From Candidatus Undivivens industriae (GTDB lineage Bacteria; Omnitrophota; Gorgyraeia; Gygaellales; Profunditerraquicolaceae): a stretch of DNA of 64,000 nt. This document shows positions 1 to 8,272 of this stretch, one piece after another. A model generated the notes under the pieces. It was not told the origin of the DNA. It saw only the letters and a list, made by a program, of their open reading frames with translations, and made no database searches. The DNA lies in the NCBI GenBank assembly GCA_012514745.1, contig JAAYZR010000020.1, positions 13,293 through 77,292 on the forward strand, in the 5' to 3' direction. A program made the position numbers and the translations under genes. The first letter of the stretch is position 1. Each line of letters begins with the position of its first letter.

Positions 1-214
1 TCGTCCAGAGGCATACCAAAGGCCTTGACGCTTCCCTGATCAGGAAATATGAGCGCGTCCAGCATGGATAACAACGTGGACTTACCGGTGCCGTTGGCCC
101 CGATCACGGCAGTCTTGGACCCCTGCATTATCGTCAAGTCGACGGAGCAGAGGGCGGGGAACCGTCCGAAGTACGAATAACCGGCCTGTTTCAGCTCGAA
201 CAATATGTTTGCCA
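1..214 (-). CDS. ECF/ABC transporter ATP-binding protein (CbiO/NikO/EcfA-like), N-terminal fragment; continues beyond window start
   Basis: Reverse-strand translation from ATG at 212-214 gives MANILFELKQAGYSYFGRF...GANGTGKSTLL (Walker A). Overlaps the stop of the upstream T-component gene, typical of cbiQO coupling. Confidence 0.7.
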
Positions 215-1030
215 TAGGACAAAAAAGAAGATGACCGCCGCGGCCGCCAGCATAAAAACATCTTTCACCCCGGCGCGGAATCCGCCGTACAAATAGGTCT
301 CCCCGGTGTACCCGCGCGAAAGCATGGCGTCATAAACCCTGTTCTGCATCTGGTATGAACGCTGCCAGAGAGTGGCGATATTCCAGGCCACTATCCTCTG
401 CCCCTTGACCGGAGAGACCGCGTATCCGCAGCGGCTTTTCATCGCCGTGTAGGTATCCTGTATTATGCCGATAAAAAGAAAGATATACCGGTAACACATC
501 CCCAGAGTCATCACGAATATCTGCGGCACCCGGAATACCCTCAATACCTTAAGCAGCGCGAAATGTTTTGTCGTCAGAGATAACAACACGCACAAGGAAA
601 CCGAAACGAGAACCCTGGAAAAGAAAATAAGCGCTCCGGCCGCCCCCTGCCGCGTTATTTGCAGAAGAAACCCGCCTATCCTGAACGATGCCAACGGTTC
701 TCCGGGAGTAAAAACGCTGAAGACAGAGGGGGCCGCGATGAAAAGCGCAAAAAACGGGATAAAAAACCATGTCCTGGAGAGAAAAAACACCGGGTTGATG
801 AAAGAGCAGCCGGCGGACAAGAGCGTTATAAGATAAATGACGGCGATCGCCGGGATGTCCCGCGAGAAAAGCACCGACAGAACTAAAAAAAACACCGCCG
901 CCGTTTTGAAACGCGGATCACGCGCCTGCAGGAAACCCTTCTTCGCGGCGTAATCATCGGCGAAGACCGACTCTCGTAGAAAAGCGACGGTTCCCATCAG
1001 GGATTTTTCTATAAAACGGCTTCTTTTCAT
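191..1030 (-). CDS. cbiQ: Energy-coupling factor transporter transmembrane (T) component, CbiQ/NikQ/EcfT family
   Basis: 279 aa polytopic membrane protein with CbiQ-like features, lying between cbiM/N and the ATPase. Confidence 0.75.
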   Translation of the reverse strand: MKRSRFIEKSLMGTVAFLRESVFADDYAAKKGFLQARDPRFKTAAVFFLVLSVLFSRDIPAIAVIYLITLLSAGCSFINPVFFLSRTWFFIPFFALFIAAPSVFSVFTPGEPLASFRIGGFLLQITRQGAAGALIFFSRVLVSVSLCVLLSLTTKHFALLKVLRVFRVPQIFVMTLGMCYRYIFLFIGIIQDTYTAMKSRCGYAVSPVKGQRIVAWNIATLWQRSYQMQNRVYDAMLSRGYTGETYLYGGFRAGVKDVFMLAAAAVIFFFVLWQTYCSS

Positions 1031-1072
1031 ATGATTGCAAACGCGGACACCGGTCGCAGATGGAATTGATAT

Positions 1073-2047
1073 CTATAGATATTCTCCTTTGCCCAGATAT
1101 GAAGCGTAATCTTTCACGCTCTCCTCGAGGGAAGCAAACTCGTGATCGCAGCCGGCGTTTCTCAATTTTGAGATATCTGCCTGCGTGAAATACTGATATC
1201 CCTGCCTTATATTCTCCGGCATATCTATATACTCGATCTTGGCCGCCTGGCCGGCGGCAGCGAAAACCGCGCGCGCCAGATCGTTCCAGCTCCTTGCCGC
1301 GCCTGTGCCGAGATTGAATATACCGCTCTTCCGCCGTTCCCGGAAGAAATAATACATCACCCCGACGGCGTCCTTGACGTAGACGAAATCCCTCTTTTGC
1401 CCGCCGTCCTGATAGGCGGGATTGTGAGACTTGAACAGCCGTATCGATCTGCCGGCGGCCGCCTCTTTGAAGTTCCGGCAAACCAGGCTCATCATCTCTG
1501 CCTTGTGATATTCATTAGGCCCGAACACGTTGAAAAACTTGAAGCCGGTGGCCTTCCTGAAACAGCCGTTACGCAGCAGCCAGAGATCAAAAAGATGTTT
1601 CGAGTAACCGTAAATATTGAGCGGTTTCAGACAAGGCAGCCTCTCCTCCTCGTCCCCGTAGCCGCTCTCGCCGGCGCCGTAAGTGGCGGCCGAAGAAGCG
1701 TAAATGAATTTCGCCGAATGGGCGAACGCCCACTCGGCGAGGCGCCTGGAATATTCGTAATTATTCTTCAGGTAATACGCGGCGTCGGTAAGAATGGTGG
1801 AACTGCAGGCGCCAAGATGGACTATCGTCCCGATACCGTCCAATTTCCCGGACTCAAGCAGTCCCGGGAGATCGTTTTTATGGACGTAATCCATAAAACG
1901 CTTCCCCCGCAGGTTCACCCATTTGGCGTCGCTGCCCAGATCGTCGACAACGATTATATCATATATACCTTCCCGGTTAAGTTTCCGGAGAAAACAACTG
2001 CCGATAAACCCTGCCCCTCCAGTGAGAATTATCTTTTTTTTAGCCAT
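1073..2047 (-). CDS. hldD: ADP-L-glycero-D-manno-heptose-6-epimerase
   Basis: 324 aa; N-terminal GGAGFIGS Rossmann motif and overall HldD/RfaD-like sequence (YASSAATYG, NVFGPNE). Confidence 0.85.
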   Translation of the reverse strand: MAKKKIILTGGAGFIGSCFLRKLNREGIYDIIVVDDLGSDAKWVNLRGKRFMDYVHKNDLPGLLESGKLDGIGTIVHLGACSSTILTDAAYYLKNNYEYSRRLAEWAFAHSAKFIYASSAATYGAGESGYGDEEERLPCLKPLNIYGYSKHLFDLWLLRNGCFRKATGFKFFNVFGPNEYHKAEMMSLVCRNFKEAAAGRSIRLFKSHNPAYQDGGQKRDFVYVKDAVGVMYYFFRERRKSGIFNLGTGAARSWNDLARAVFAAAGQAAKIEYIDMPENIRQGYQYFTQADISKLRNAGCDHEFASLEESVKDYASYLGKGEYL

Positions 2048-2086
2048 TCGAGGTAAGAAAAAAACGGCCCGCTGAGAAGACGCGCC

Positions 2087-2419
2087 TTAATCCTTCTTGA
2101 TCAGGAATTTTCCCAGCAGTATAACTACCGCCACGGTAATACCGATCCCGATAACCGCCGACGAGATATAGGCGAAGCTCAGATTACCCAACCCTTTCTC
2201 TTCCCATCCCTGGAAGGCGTAATCAGGAACGGGAGCGCTCCAGAGAGCCGAAAGCCTGGTAAATCCCTGCGGGACATATCCCACTAATTCCTGCAGAGTC
2301 TCCGCGCCCCACTCTCCCCAGGCGTCCCCCGCCTTGAAATATTCGGGAAGCAAAAGCCCCAGGGGGGAAAGAAACGCCAATAGAATCAATCCCAGCCAAA
2401 GTTTAGAAGTAGTTCTCAT
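2087..2419 (-). CDS. PDGLE-domain / CbiN-like small membrane component of the Ni/Co ECF transporter
   Basis: 110 aa with N-terminal TM, a PEYFKAGDAWGEWG segment (PDGLE-like) and a C-terminal TM; immediately downstream of cbiM. Confidence 0.55.
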   Translation of the reverse strand: MRTTSKLWLGLILLAFLSPLGLLLPEYFKAGDAWGEWGAETLQELVGYVPQGFTRLSALWSAPVPDYAFQGWEEKGLGNLSFAYISSAVIGIGITVAVVILLGKFLIKKD

Positions 2420-2423
2420 TTCC

Positions 2424-3107
2424 CTACCCCTCCTTTCCCGAAACGATCAATGAAGGATCCTGTTTCTGCAGGTATTTGACAACCAACGCGGTAATAAACG
2501 CCTCGACCCAGCCGAATACCAGCAAATGCTCTCCGAGCATCATCGGAACGGCGACATTAAGGCCGTAAGGACAATACAACGACTGGTCCGTCGGGGTTCT
2601 GTACAATAAAGGCTGTATGCCGAACATCAGCGCCGTAGTCAATGCGGCTATGTTCAACGCCAGGTAGCCGGCCGCGGCGGCGGCAAAAACCCTGCGGCCG
2701 GACGTTGAAGGCGAATTGCCGCTTATGAACTTGTAAATATAATAGCCGGTGAAGACCTCGACAAACGCCATATTGAAACAATTCGCGCCGACGGCGGTTA
2801 TGCCGCCGTCGCCGAAAAGCAGGGCTTGGACCACCAAGGCCACAGTGACCGCTATACAGGCGGCCCAGGGGCCGAGAAGTATAGCCGCCAGCACCGCGCC
2901 CACCGCGTGTCCGGTAGTCCCTCCGGGGATGGGGACGTTGAACATCATTATAACGAAACAGAAAGCGGCGCTGATGGCAAGCAGAGGGATTTGTTTGTTT
3001 TTAAGAGTTTTTTTAACCATCCGCGAAGCCAGCGCCCATACAGGCAACATCACCGCATACATCACTCCGCTCGTGGCGGGCCCCAAGTATCCGTCGGGTA
3101 TATGCAT
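2424..3107 (-). CDS. cbiM: ECF transporter substrate-specific component CbiM/NikM (nickel/cobalt)
   Basis: Starts MHIPDGYL, the hallmark N-terminus of CbiM/NikM; 227 aa polytopic. Confidence 0.9.
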   Translation of the reverse strand: MHIPDGYLGPATSGVMYAVMLPVWALASRMVKKTLKNKQIPLLAISAAFCFVIMMFNVPIPGGTTGHAVGAVLAAILLGPWAACIAVTVALVVQALLFGDGGITAVGANCFNMAFVEVFTGYYIYKFISGNSPSTSGRRVFAAAAAGYLALNIAALTTALMFGIQPLLYRTPTDQSLYCPYGLNVAVPMMLGEHLLVFGWVEAFITALVVKYLQKQDPSLIVSGKEG

Positions 3108-3155
3108 TTTTCTCTCCTGTGTTGATTGTTGTTCCTATCTCCAGGATATGTATGA

Positions 3156-3180
3156 TAGCACAAAAGCGATACTTGTGCTA
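3156..3180. promoter_or_regulatory. Perfect inverted repeat TAGCACAA-N9-TTGTGCTA between nikR and cbiM; candidate NikR operator
   Basis: 8-bp perfect arms separated by 9 bp, sitting in the 90-bp nikR-cbiM intergenic region; preceded by a GTATGA hexamer resembling the E. coli NikR half-site. Confidence 0.4.
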
Positions 3181-3197
3181 CTGAAAAACAAAATTTT

Positions 3198-3611
3198 TTA
3201 CACTCCTCTTCCGGTGGTCGCGGCGTTCAAGGATAAATGTTTCACGCCTTTTGTGGAACGCAGAAGATCGGCCAGCTCCTTAATCTCTGCGGCCTTCCCT
3301 TTTGCGGCGATCATCTCCAGACAATTGGAGTGGTCGAGATGAATATGCTGGGTGGAAATTATCAAATGCTGAAAATTATGCTGCACCGCCGTCAACTTGC
3401 TTAACAGTTCGCGTTTATGATGATCGTAAATAAGCGTGATAGCCCCGGCGACTACATTATCGTCGGCCCACTCTTGTTCCACCAGTTCCCGCCGGATAAG
3501 ATCCCTTATCGCTTCGGAACGGTTGCCGCACTTACGCTTCCGGATCAGGGCGTCGAACCCGGAAACCAGATTCTTTTCTATGGAGACGCCGAATCTTATG
3601 AGATTGCCCAT
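3198..3611 (-). CDS. nikR: Nickel-responsive transcriptional regulator NikR
   Basis: 137 aa; ribbon-helix-helix N-terminus (RSEAIRDLIRREL) and a C-terminal His/Cys metal site (HIHLDHSNC). Confidence 0.85.
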   Translation of the reverse strand: MGNLIRFGVSIEKNLVSGFDALIRKRKCGNRSEAIRDLIRRELVEQEWADDNVVAGAITLIYDHHKRELLSKLTAVQHNFQHLIISTQHIHLDHSNCLEMIAAKGKAAEIKELADLLRSTKGVKHLSLNAATTGRGV

Positions 3612-3767
3612 TTACACTGCCTTTGTCTGTAGTCCGTCTTTCAATAAGATAAACCCGTCCGGACAGTAGTAAATTTATAATAGGACATGGCGGGATATCT
3701 GTCAACTTTTATAAAAACAAGGTGTAACACAGCGATGTATACTTGACCTTCCGATTGACTGGGAACG

Positions 3768-5459
3768 TTAAGAGATTCCATTCCTCTCCGCGACACAATT
3801 TCCCATGACCAGGATATCCATCTCACTGCGCTTGAAGCAGTCTATTGCGTCTTCTGGACGGCAAACGATCGGTTCTCCCCTTAAATTGAACGAAGTATTT
3901 ATCAATAAAGGAATGCCGGTCAGATTTTCGAATTCCTTGAGCAATCCACGCAAGCGGGAATTAGTATCGTTATCAACTATCTGTACCCTCGCGGTATTAT
4001 CAATATGCGTAACCGCGGGGATAACACCCTTTTTCTCTTCCTTTACCCTTCCGGCTATCAGCATAAACGGAGACTGTTGCAGCACATCAAAAAACTCGGC
4101 GCACCGCTCTTCAAGCACCGCTGGAGCATACGGCCGGAAATCCTCTCGGCGTTTCACCTTCAAATTCAGCAAATCTTTCATCCGCGGATTGCAGGGATTC
4201 GCCAATATGGAACGATTCCCCAAGGCCCTGGGGCCGAACTCCATCCTTCCCTGAAACCAACCGACGATTCTATCCTGCGCGATCTGCCCGGCTATATATT
4301 TGAGTAATTCGTCATCGGCATACTCCCGGAAAACGATATCTCCGTTAATAAACGCCCTCTTGATCTCCCTATCGTAAAACTCCGGCCCAAGATATACGTC
4401 TTTCAGCGCCGTGCGGCGGTTATCCCGCGATAAATAGTGATATACATAAACTGCCGCGCCTAACGCCCCTCCGCTGTCTCCGGAGGCGGGCTGAATGAAT
4501 AACTCCTTAACCGGAGTATCTTCTAAGATTCTAGCGTTAGCTACACAATTCATAAATAATCCGCCTGCCAAGCAAAGCCTCTTCATTCCGGTTCCCTTGT
4601 GCACGTTCCGAACTATATTTATCAGAATGTCCTCGGTTATTTTCTGCAAGCTGGCAGCTACATCGCAATGTCTTTGTTCGACCTTGTCCTGCGGGCGGCG
4701 TTCCTTTCCCAGCGTCTGTATCAGTTTTTCGGTATACATTCTCCCGCCTTTATTAAATCCGAAATATCTCTGGTCCAACATAAAACTACCGTCTGGCCTG
4801 ACAATGACCATCTTTTTGAATTTATCTACATATACCGGGGATCCGTAACCTGCCAGTCCCATCACCTTACCTTCGCCGGTCAGAGCCTCGAATCCCAGAT
4901 AAGTGGTGATCGCGCTGTAGAACAGTCCCAGTGAATTCGGGAAATGCAACTCTTTAGCGATGCGAACATCCACGCCACTGCCGACACCGAAGCTAGTGCT
5001 CGCCCATTCCCCCACGCCGTCCGCAATCAATATTGCCGCCTCTTCGAACGGAGAAACGAGGAACGAACTTGCAGCATGAGACAAGTGATGGTTTATGAAT
5101 ACGATCCTCCCCTCGTAACAAAGCTCTTTTCGCAATATCAACGGAAGGAAAAGCCGTTCCTTCAGCCAACCAGGCAATGTCCGGCAGAAACTGCCGAAAG
5201 AGAACGGGTATGCCCTTGCGTGGCTCAATAGGACACGGTAGAACTTGAGAAACGGTTTCTCATAAAAACCCACCGCGTTAATTTCTTTCATCGTTAAGTC
5301 AGCGTGCTGAAGACAATAATTTATCGCGTTTAAGGGGAACGCTGGAGAGCATTTACTGCGGTTGAACCGTTCTTCGGAGGCGGCGGCCGTTATCCTGCCG
5401 TCCTGCACGAGACAGGCAGCGGAATCATGATAAAAACATGATATACCCAATATATTCAT
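3768..5459 (-). CDS. Carbamoyltransferase, NodU/CmcH/TobZ family
   Basis: N-terminus MNILGISCFYHDSAA..., HHLSHAASSF, PASGDSG, GNRSIL motifs typical of O-carbamoyltransferases. The track ORF uses an upstream TTG; the ATG at 5459 is the more likely start. Confidence 0.85.
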   Translation of the reverse strand: MNILGISCFYHDSAACLVQDGRITAAASEERFNRSKCSPAFPLNAINYCLQHADLTMKEINAVGFYEKPFLKFYRVLLSHARAYPFSFGSFCRTLPGWLKERLFLPLILRKELCYEGRIVFINHHLSHAASSFLVSPFEEAAILIADGVGEWASTSFGVGSGVDVRIAKELHFPNSLGLFYSAITTYLGFEALTGEGKVMGLAGYGSPVYVDKFKKMVIVRPDGSFMLDQRYFGFNKGGRMYTEKLIQTLGKERRPQDKVEQRHCDVAASLQKITEDILINIVRNVHKGTGMKRLCLAGGLFMNCVANARILEDTPVKELFIQPASGDSGGALGAAVYVYHYLSRDNRRTALKDVYLGPEFYDREIKRAFINGDIVFREYADDELLKYIAGQIAQDRIVGWFQGRMEFGPRALGNRSILANPCNPRMKDLLNLKVKRREDFRPYAPAVLEERCAEFFDVLQQSPFMLIAGRVKEEKKGVIPAVTHIDNTARVQIVDNDTNSRLRGLLKEFENLTGIPLLINTSFNLRGEPIVCRPEDAIDCFKRSEMDILVMGNCVAERNGIS

Positions 5460-5565
5460 AGTGTAACCCTGCAATAAAATACGAGAATCCTACCTTTTGC
5501 CGGAGGGGTCAAGGTCTTTACCGCAAACACGAGCTGTTATCCAGACCGGTTCTTTCTTTCGCCGG

Positions 5566-5823
5566 TTAAGACTGAAAGCGGCCGTTATCGAAAGTACCGT
5601 CTTGTTCGGCGGAATCGATCCAGAAAGTGCCGTCTGTTTTCGCGCATCCGGCAAGGACCTTTCGCTTGAATACCGCCATGATCAAAACCGTCAATCCCAT
5701 ACCCAGGAAATAAACCACTGGCAGGCATATGCTCAACAACACTTTCTGTATCAAGCTTGTCAGGTTACGTAGAAAGGTCTTCCACATAAAAACTCCGCCC
5801 CTCGCCTTGTCCGTCAAAAACAT
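5566..5823 (-). CDS. Small membrane protein of unknown function wedged between the amidotransferase and carbamoyltransferase (possible SxtJ/SxtK-like accessory protein)
   Basis: 85-aa ORF; the internal start MWKTFLRNLTSLIQKVLL... is followed by one TM helix. Its position inside the operon supports it being real. Confidence 0.35.
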   Translation of the reverse strand: MFLTDKARGGVFMWKTFLRNLTSLIQKVLLSICLPVVYFLGMGLTVLIMAVFKRKVLAGCAKTDGTFWIDSAEQDGTFDNGRFQS

Positions 5824-6830
5824 AAATCATCCGGCCTGCATCCCAGTCTATCCAGTACCGGAAGTATATCTCCTTCTCTGAAATTGATTTCAAGCCGCTT
5901 CAATGCCTCTTCCCTGGTCAAAATACCCCTCCTTATCATCCTGCTCATCTCCGCGTGGTAATGCGAATAACCGTAATGCTTCAGGGACAGGAGCACCGAA
6001 AGAAAGTTCAGCCGGCAGTTTGTCGATCCGGCAGGATAGCTTAACGCCGTTGGTTTCCAACCCAGTTCCCGTTTTATCATCCCGGAATATTCCTCCTGGT
6101 CAAAAGGCAGAAACCAATGGGGTGAGATAACCGTGCATGCCGATTTTTGCCGGCCGGCTCTTTTAATGACTTCCTCAACGCTCGCCGGAAAATCCCTGTA
6201 TTTTGGATTCTGCCTACGGAATCTTTCCAGGAAATCCGCCGTCCCTTTCGCCATGGAAGAAAATTCCGGATGCCTGATCCTGCCGCGGCTGAACTGCCCC
6301 TTCGTCCAGCCGCCGATTATCACAGGGATGGACAATCCCGCAGCTATCCGTAACACGATACCCATATACCAGATAGAACAGACGTGGCAGATGACGGCTT
6401 TTGCTCTCGACTTCACTATCGCAGCGAACATATCCAGCATAAAATCGCTCTTGAACATAAGCGAGTCTACGCCGAGCCGTTCCACCGTGTTCCGAACGTT
6501 CTCCAGGGCATCCGGGAGTTCAAACCCGTTGTCGAAAGTAAACGCAAGAGGTTCCAGTTTATATCGCTTTTTCATGTAGTATAAAGCGGCGGTACTGTCT
6601 TTCCCTCCGCTACACATTACCAGGCAATGATATCTGCCGCGTTTTTTATTGCGTGTCAGCATCTTGATGAGTTCCGTTTCCAGTAAAGGGCTTTCCTGCC
6701 GGCGATAGTTCGCGCCTTTATGTCCGGAGCATAAACTGCATTGCCCAGCGGCGTTAAAAGTGATATCTGATTTATACTCCGGCATCACGCATTTCACGCA
6801 CAATTTGCCGGATTCATTCTTCACTTCCAT
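5814..6830 (-). CDS. PP-loop ATP pyrophosphatase family protein, N-acetyl sugar amidotransferase-like
   Basis: N-terminal Cys4 zinc ribbon (CVKC...CSLC) followed by the SGGKDS PP-loop motif. Confidence 0.7.
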   Translation of the reverse strand: MEVKNESGKLCVKCVMPEYKSDITFNAAGQCSLCSGHKGANYRRQESPLLETELIKMLTRNKKRGRYHCLVMCSGGKDSTAALYYMKKRYKLEPLAFTFDNGFELPDALENVRNTVERLGVDSLMFKSDFMLDMFAAIVKSRAKAVICHVCSIWYMGIVLRIAAGLSIPVIIGGWTKGQFSRGRIRHPEFSSMAKGTADFLERFRRQNPKYRDFPASVEEVIKRAGRQKSACTVISPHWFLPFDQEEYSGMIKRELGWKPTALSYPAGSTNCRLNFLSVLLSLKHYGYSHYHAEMSRMIRRGILTREEALKRLEINFREGDILPVLDRLGCRPDDLCF

Positions 6831-8272
6831 ATCGCCTCTCTTCCTAAGAAATCCATCACATTATTCGCCGCGTTCTCGGCAATAAGCGCGTTTCCTTTTC
6901 GCCGACAGTGTCCGAAGTTGCCTCCAAACATGTCCAGAAAATAATCCCGGTACCTGCCGCGTTTCAAGGCTTTTTTGAAAACATTCTCGTTGTCGATAAT
7001 AAGGACTCCGGGATTGCCGCCGAAAACTGTCTTCAAAGGTTCGACGCTACGCATGGGATACCCCATACACGCAAGTTTGATACCCTTTTTATCCAATATC
7101 TCCTTCATCTTTTTATAATTATATACGGTCAGAGCGCTGTAGGAAGATGCTTGCGCCGTATCCATCTTTCCGGTAAAGACGTCTGCCAAATCCGGCCTGC
7201 CGGTTTCCCGGTAAAGAGTGGATAATGCCGCGTAAACTTTTGCGCTCCCCGGATTAAAAGACACATATTTCTTTAGGACTTCCTCCGAACGGGAATATTT
7301 GCCTGTCCGCATATAAACCCAGGCGAGTTCCACATATCCTTTCTCATCGTAAGGATCAGCTTCTATAAGCCTTTTAAATATCTCCTCTGCGCTGTGATAC
7401 GCGGTCCTTGAAGAACAGAATAGCCCGTACCCCAGCAATGCTCCCTTGTCGGAAGGATCAACGTTCAATGCCGCCACAAAGCTATCTTTCGCTTCCAGAT
7501 ACTTCTTGTTCTGCGTATATGTCCACCCCAGTTCCACGTATGTGGAAGGATTGGTCGGGTTAACCGCCAGGGCTTTTCTAAACGCTTCTTCAGCCTTGAG
7601 ATATTGTCCTTTTTCCCGGTAAAATCTCCCAAGTCGTATATAATCATTCTCTCCGTATTTCCCGGGATCAGCTTCACCGGACTGCTCTTCCGCTGCCGGT
7701 TGTCCACCTATATCCGCGCCGGAGACAGGGGGAACCTTCTTTTTCGACACGGATCGCACCTTAAATTTCCCTCGGATATCCAATGAAAGAAACTTTAAGA
7801 AACGGTACGCGGCGGAATACCTAAACAATATGGATTCAGTATCCTGAATACCCTCGTAATATTTAATGTGCCTGTCGTTTATACCCATCATGGCGATCAC
7901 CATGTCCGGTTTGTATTTTTCCACATTCTCTTCCAAATGCCTGATGATATAGTTACTATCGACTGTAGATACGCCTTTATTGATCACACGAAAACAGAAC
8001 CCGTTCCCCAAGCGGTTCAACATCGTCTCAAGCTGGCTCGGATAAGAATTCTCCCCTCCTATCGCGGTGGAAGATTCACCGACGCACATAATCTTATAAA
8101 CTCCCCTGTGTTCTATACCCTGCCTGTTCCGGCATTCCTGTAGAAAAGATATCATGCAGCAGCCGAGACGGAGAACAATCTCAAGGAATATCAGGGACAT
8201 GAACAGTCCGGATATTACAACTAACGCCCGGGTAATCCCCTCGGTGAACTTTCTTCCCCTCATCGATATCAT
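6821..8272 (-). CDS. Membrane-anchored SGNH/GDSL-like hydrolase with a large TPR-repeat insertion (divergent paralog)
   Basis: N-terminal TM; block I as CVGESST, block III GINDRH; TPR repeats (AEEAFRKALAVNP...); C-terminal FGHC where DGHC is expected. Confidence 0.6.
   Translation of the reverse strand: MISMRGRKFTEGITRALVVISGLFMSLIFLEIVLRLGCCMISFLQECRNRQGIEHRGVYKIMCVGESSTAIGGENSYPSQLETMLNRLGNGFCFRVINKGVSTVDSNYIIRHLEENVEKYKPDMVIAMMGINDRHIKYYEGIQDTESILFRYSAAYRFLKFLSLDIRGKFKVRSVSKKKVPPVSGADIGGQPAAEEQSGEADPGKYGENDYIRLGRFYREKGQYLKAEEAFRKALAVNPTNPSTYVELGWTYTQNKKYLEAKDSFVAALNVDPSDKGALLGYGLFCSSRTAYHSAEEIFKRLIEADPYDEKGYVELAWVYMRTGKYSRSEEVLKKYVSFNPGSAKVYAALSTLYRETGRPDLADVFTGKMDTAQASSYSALTVYNYKKMKEILDKKGIKLACMGYPMRSVEPLKTVFGGNPGVLIIDNENVFKKALKRGRYRDYFLDMFGGNFGHCRRKGNALIAENAANNVMDFLGREAIWK

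Noticed and set aside
1397-2056. 219-aa plus-strand ORF (and similar long plus-strand ORFs at 11124-12050, 14990-15862, 40692-41426, 41105-41980, 45485-46363, 47178-48434, 58017-59330)
   Set aside because: Each lies entirely antisense to a well-supported minus-strand gene (hldD, groEL, speE, kor, dxs, the GH-like gene, rny, trkA). Their translations are low-complexity (Pro/Arg/Ser/Ala-rich), with no domain signatures.
3612-3767. Search for a NikR box upstream of nikR itself
   Set aside because: Only weak AT-rich partial repeats were seen. The clear palindrome is instead in the nikR-cbiM gap (reported).
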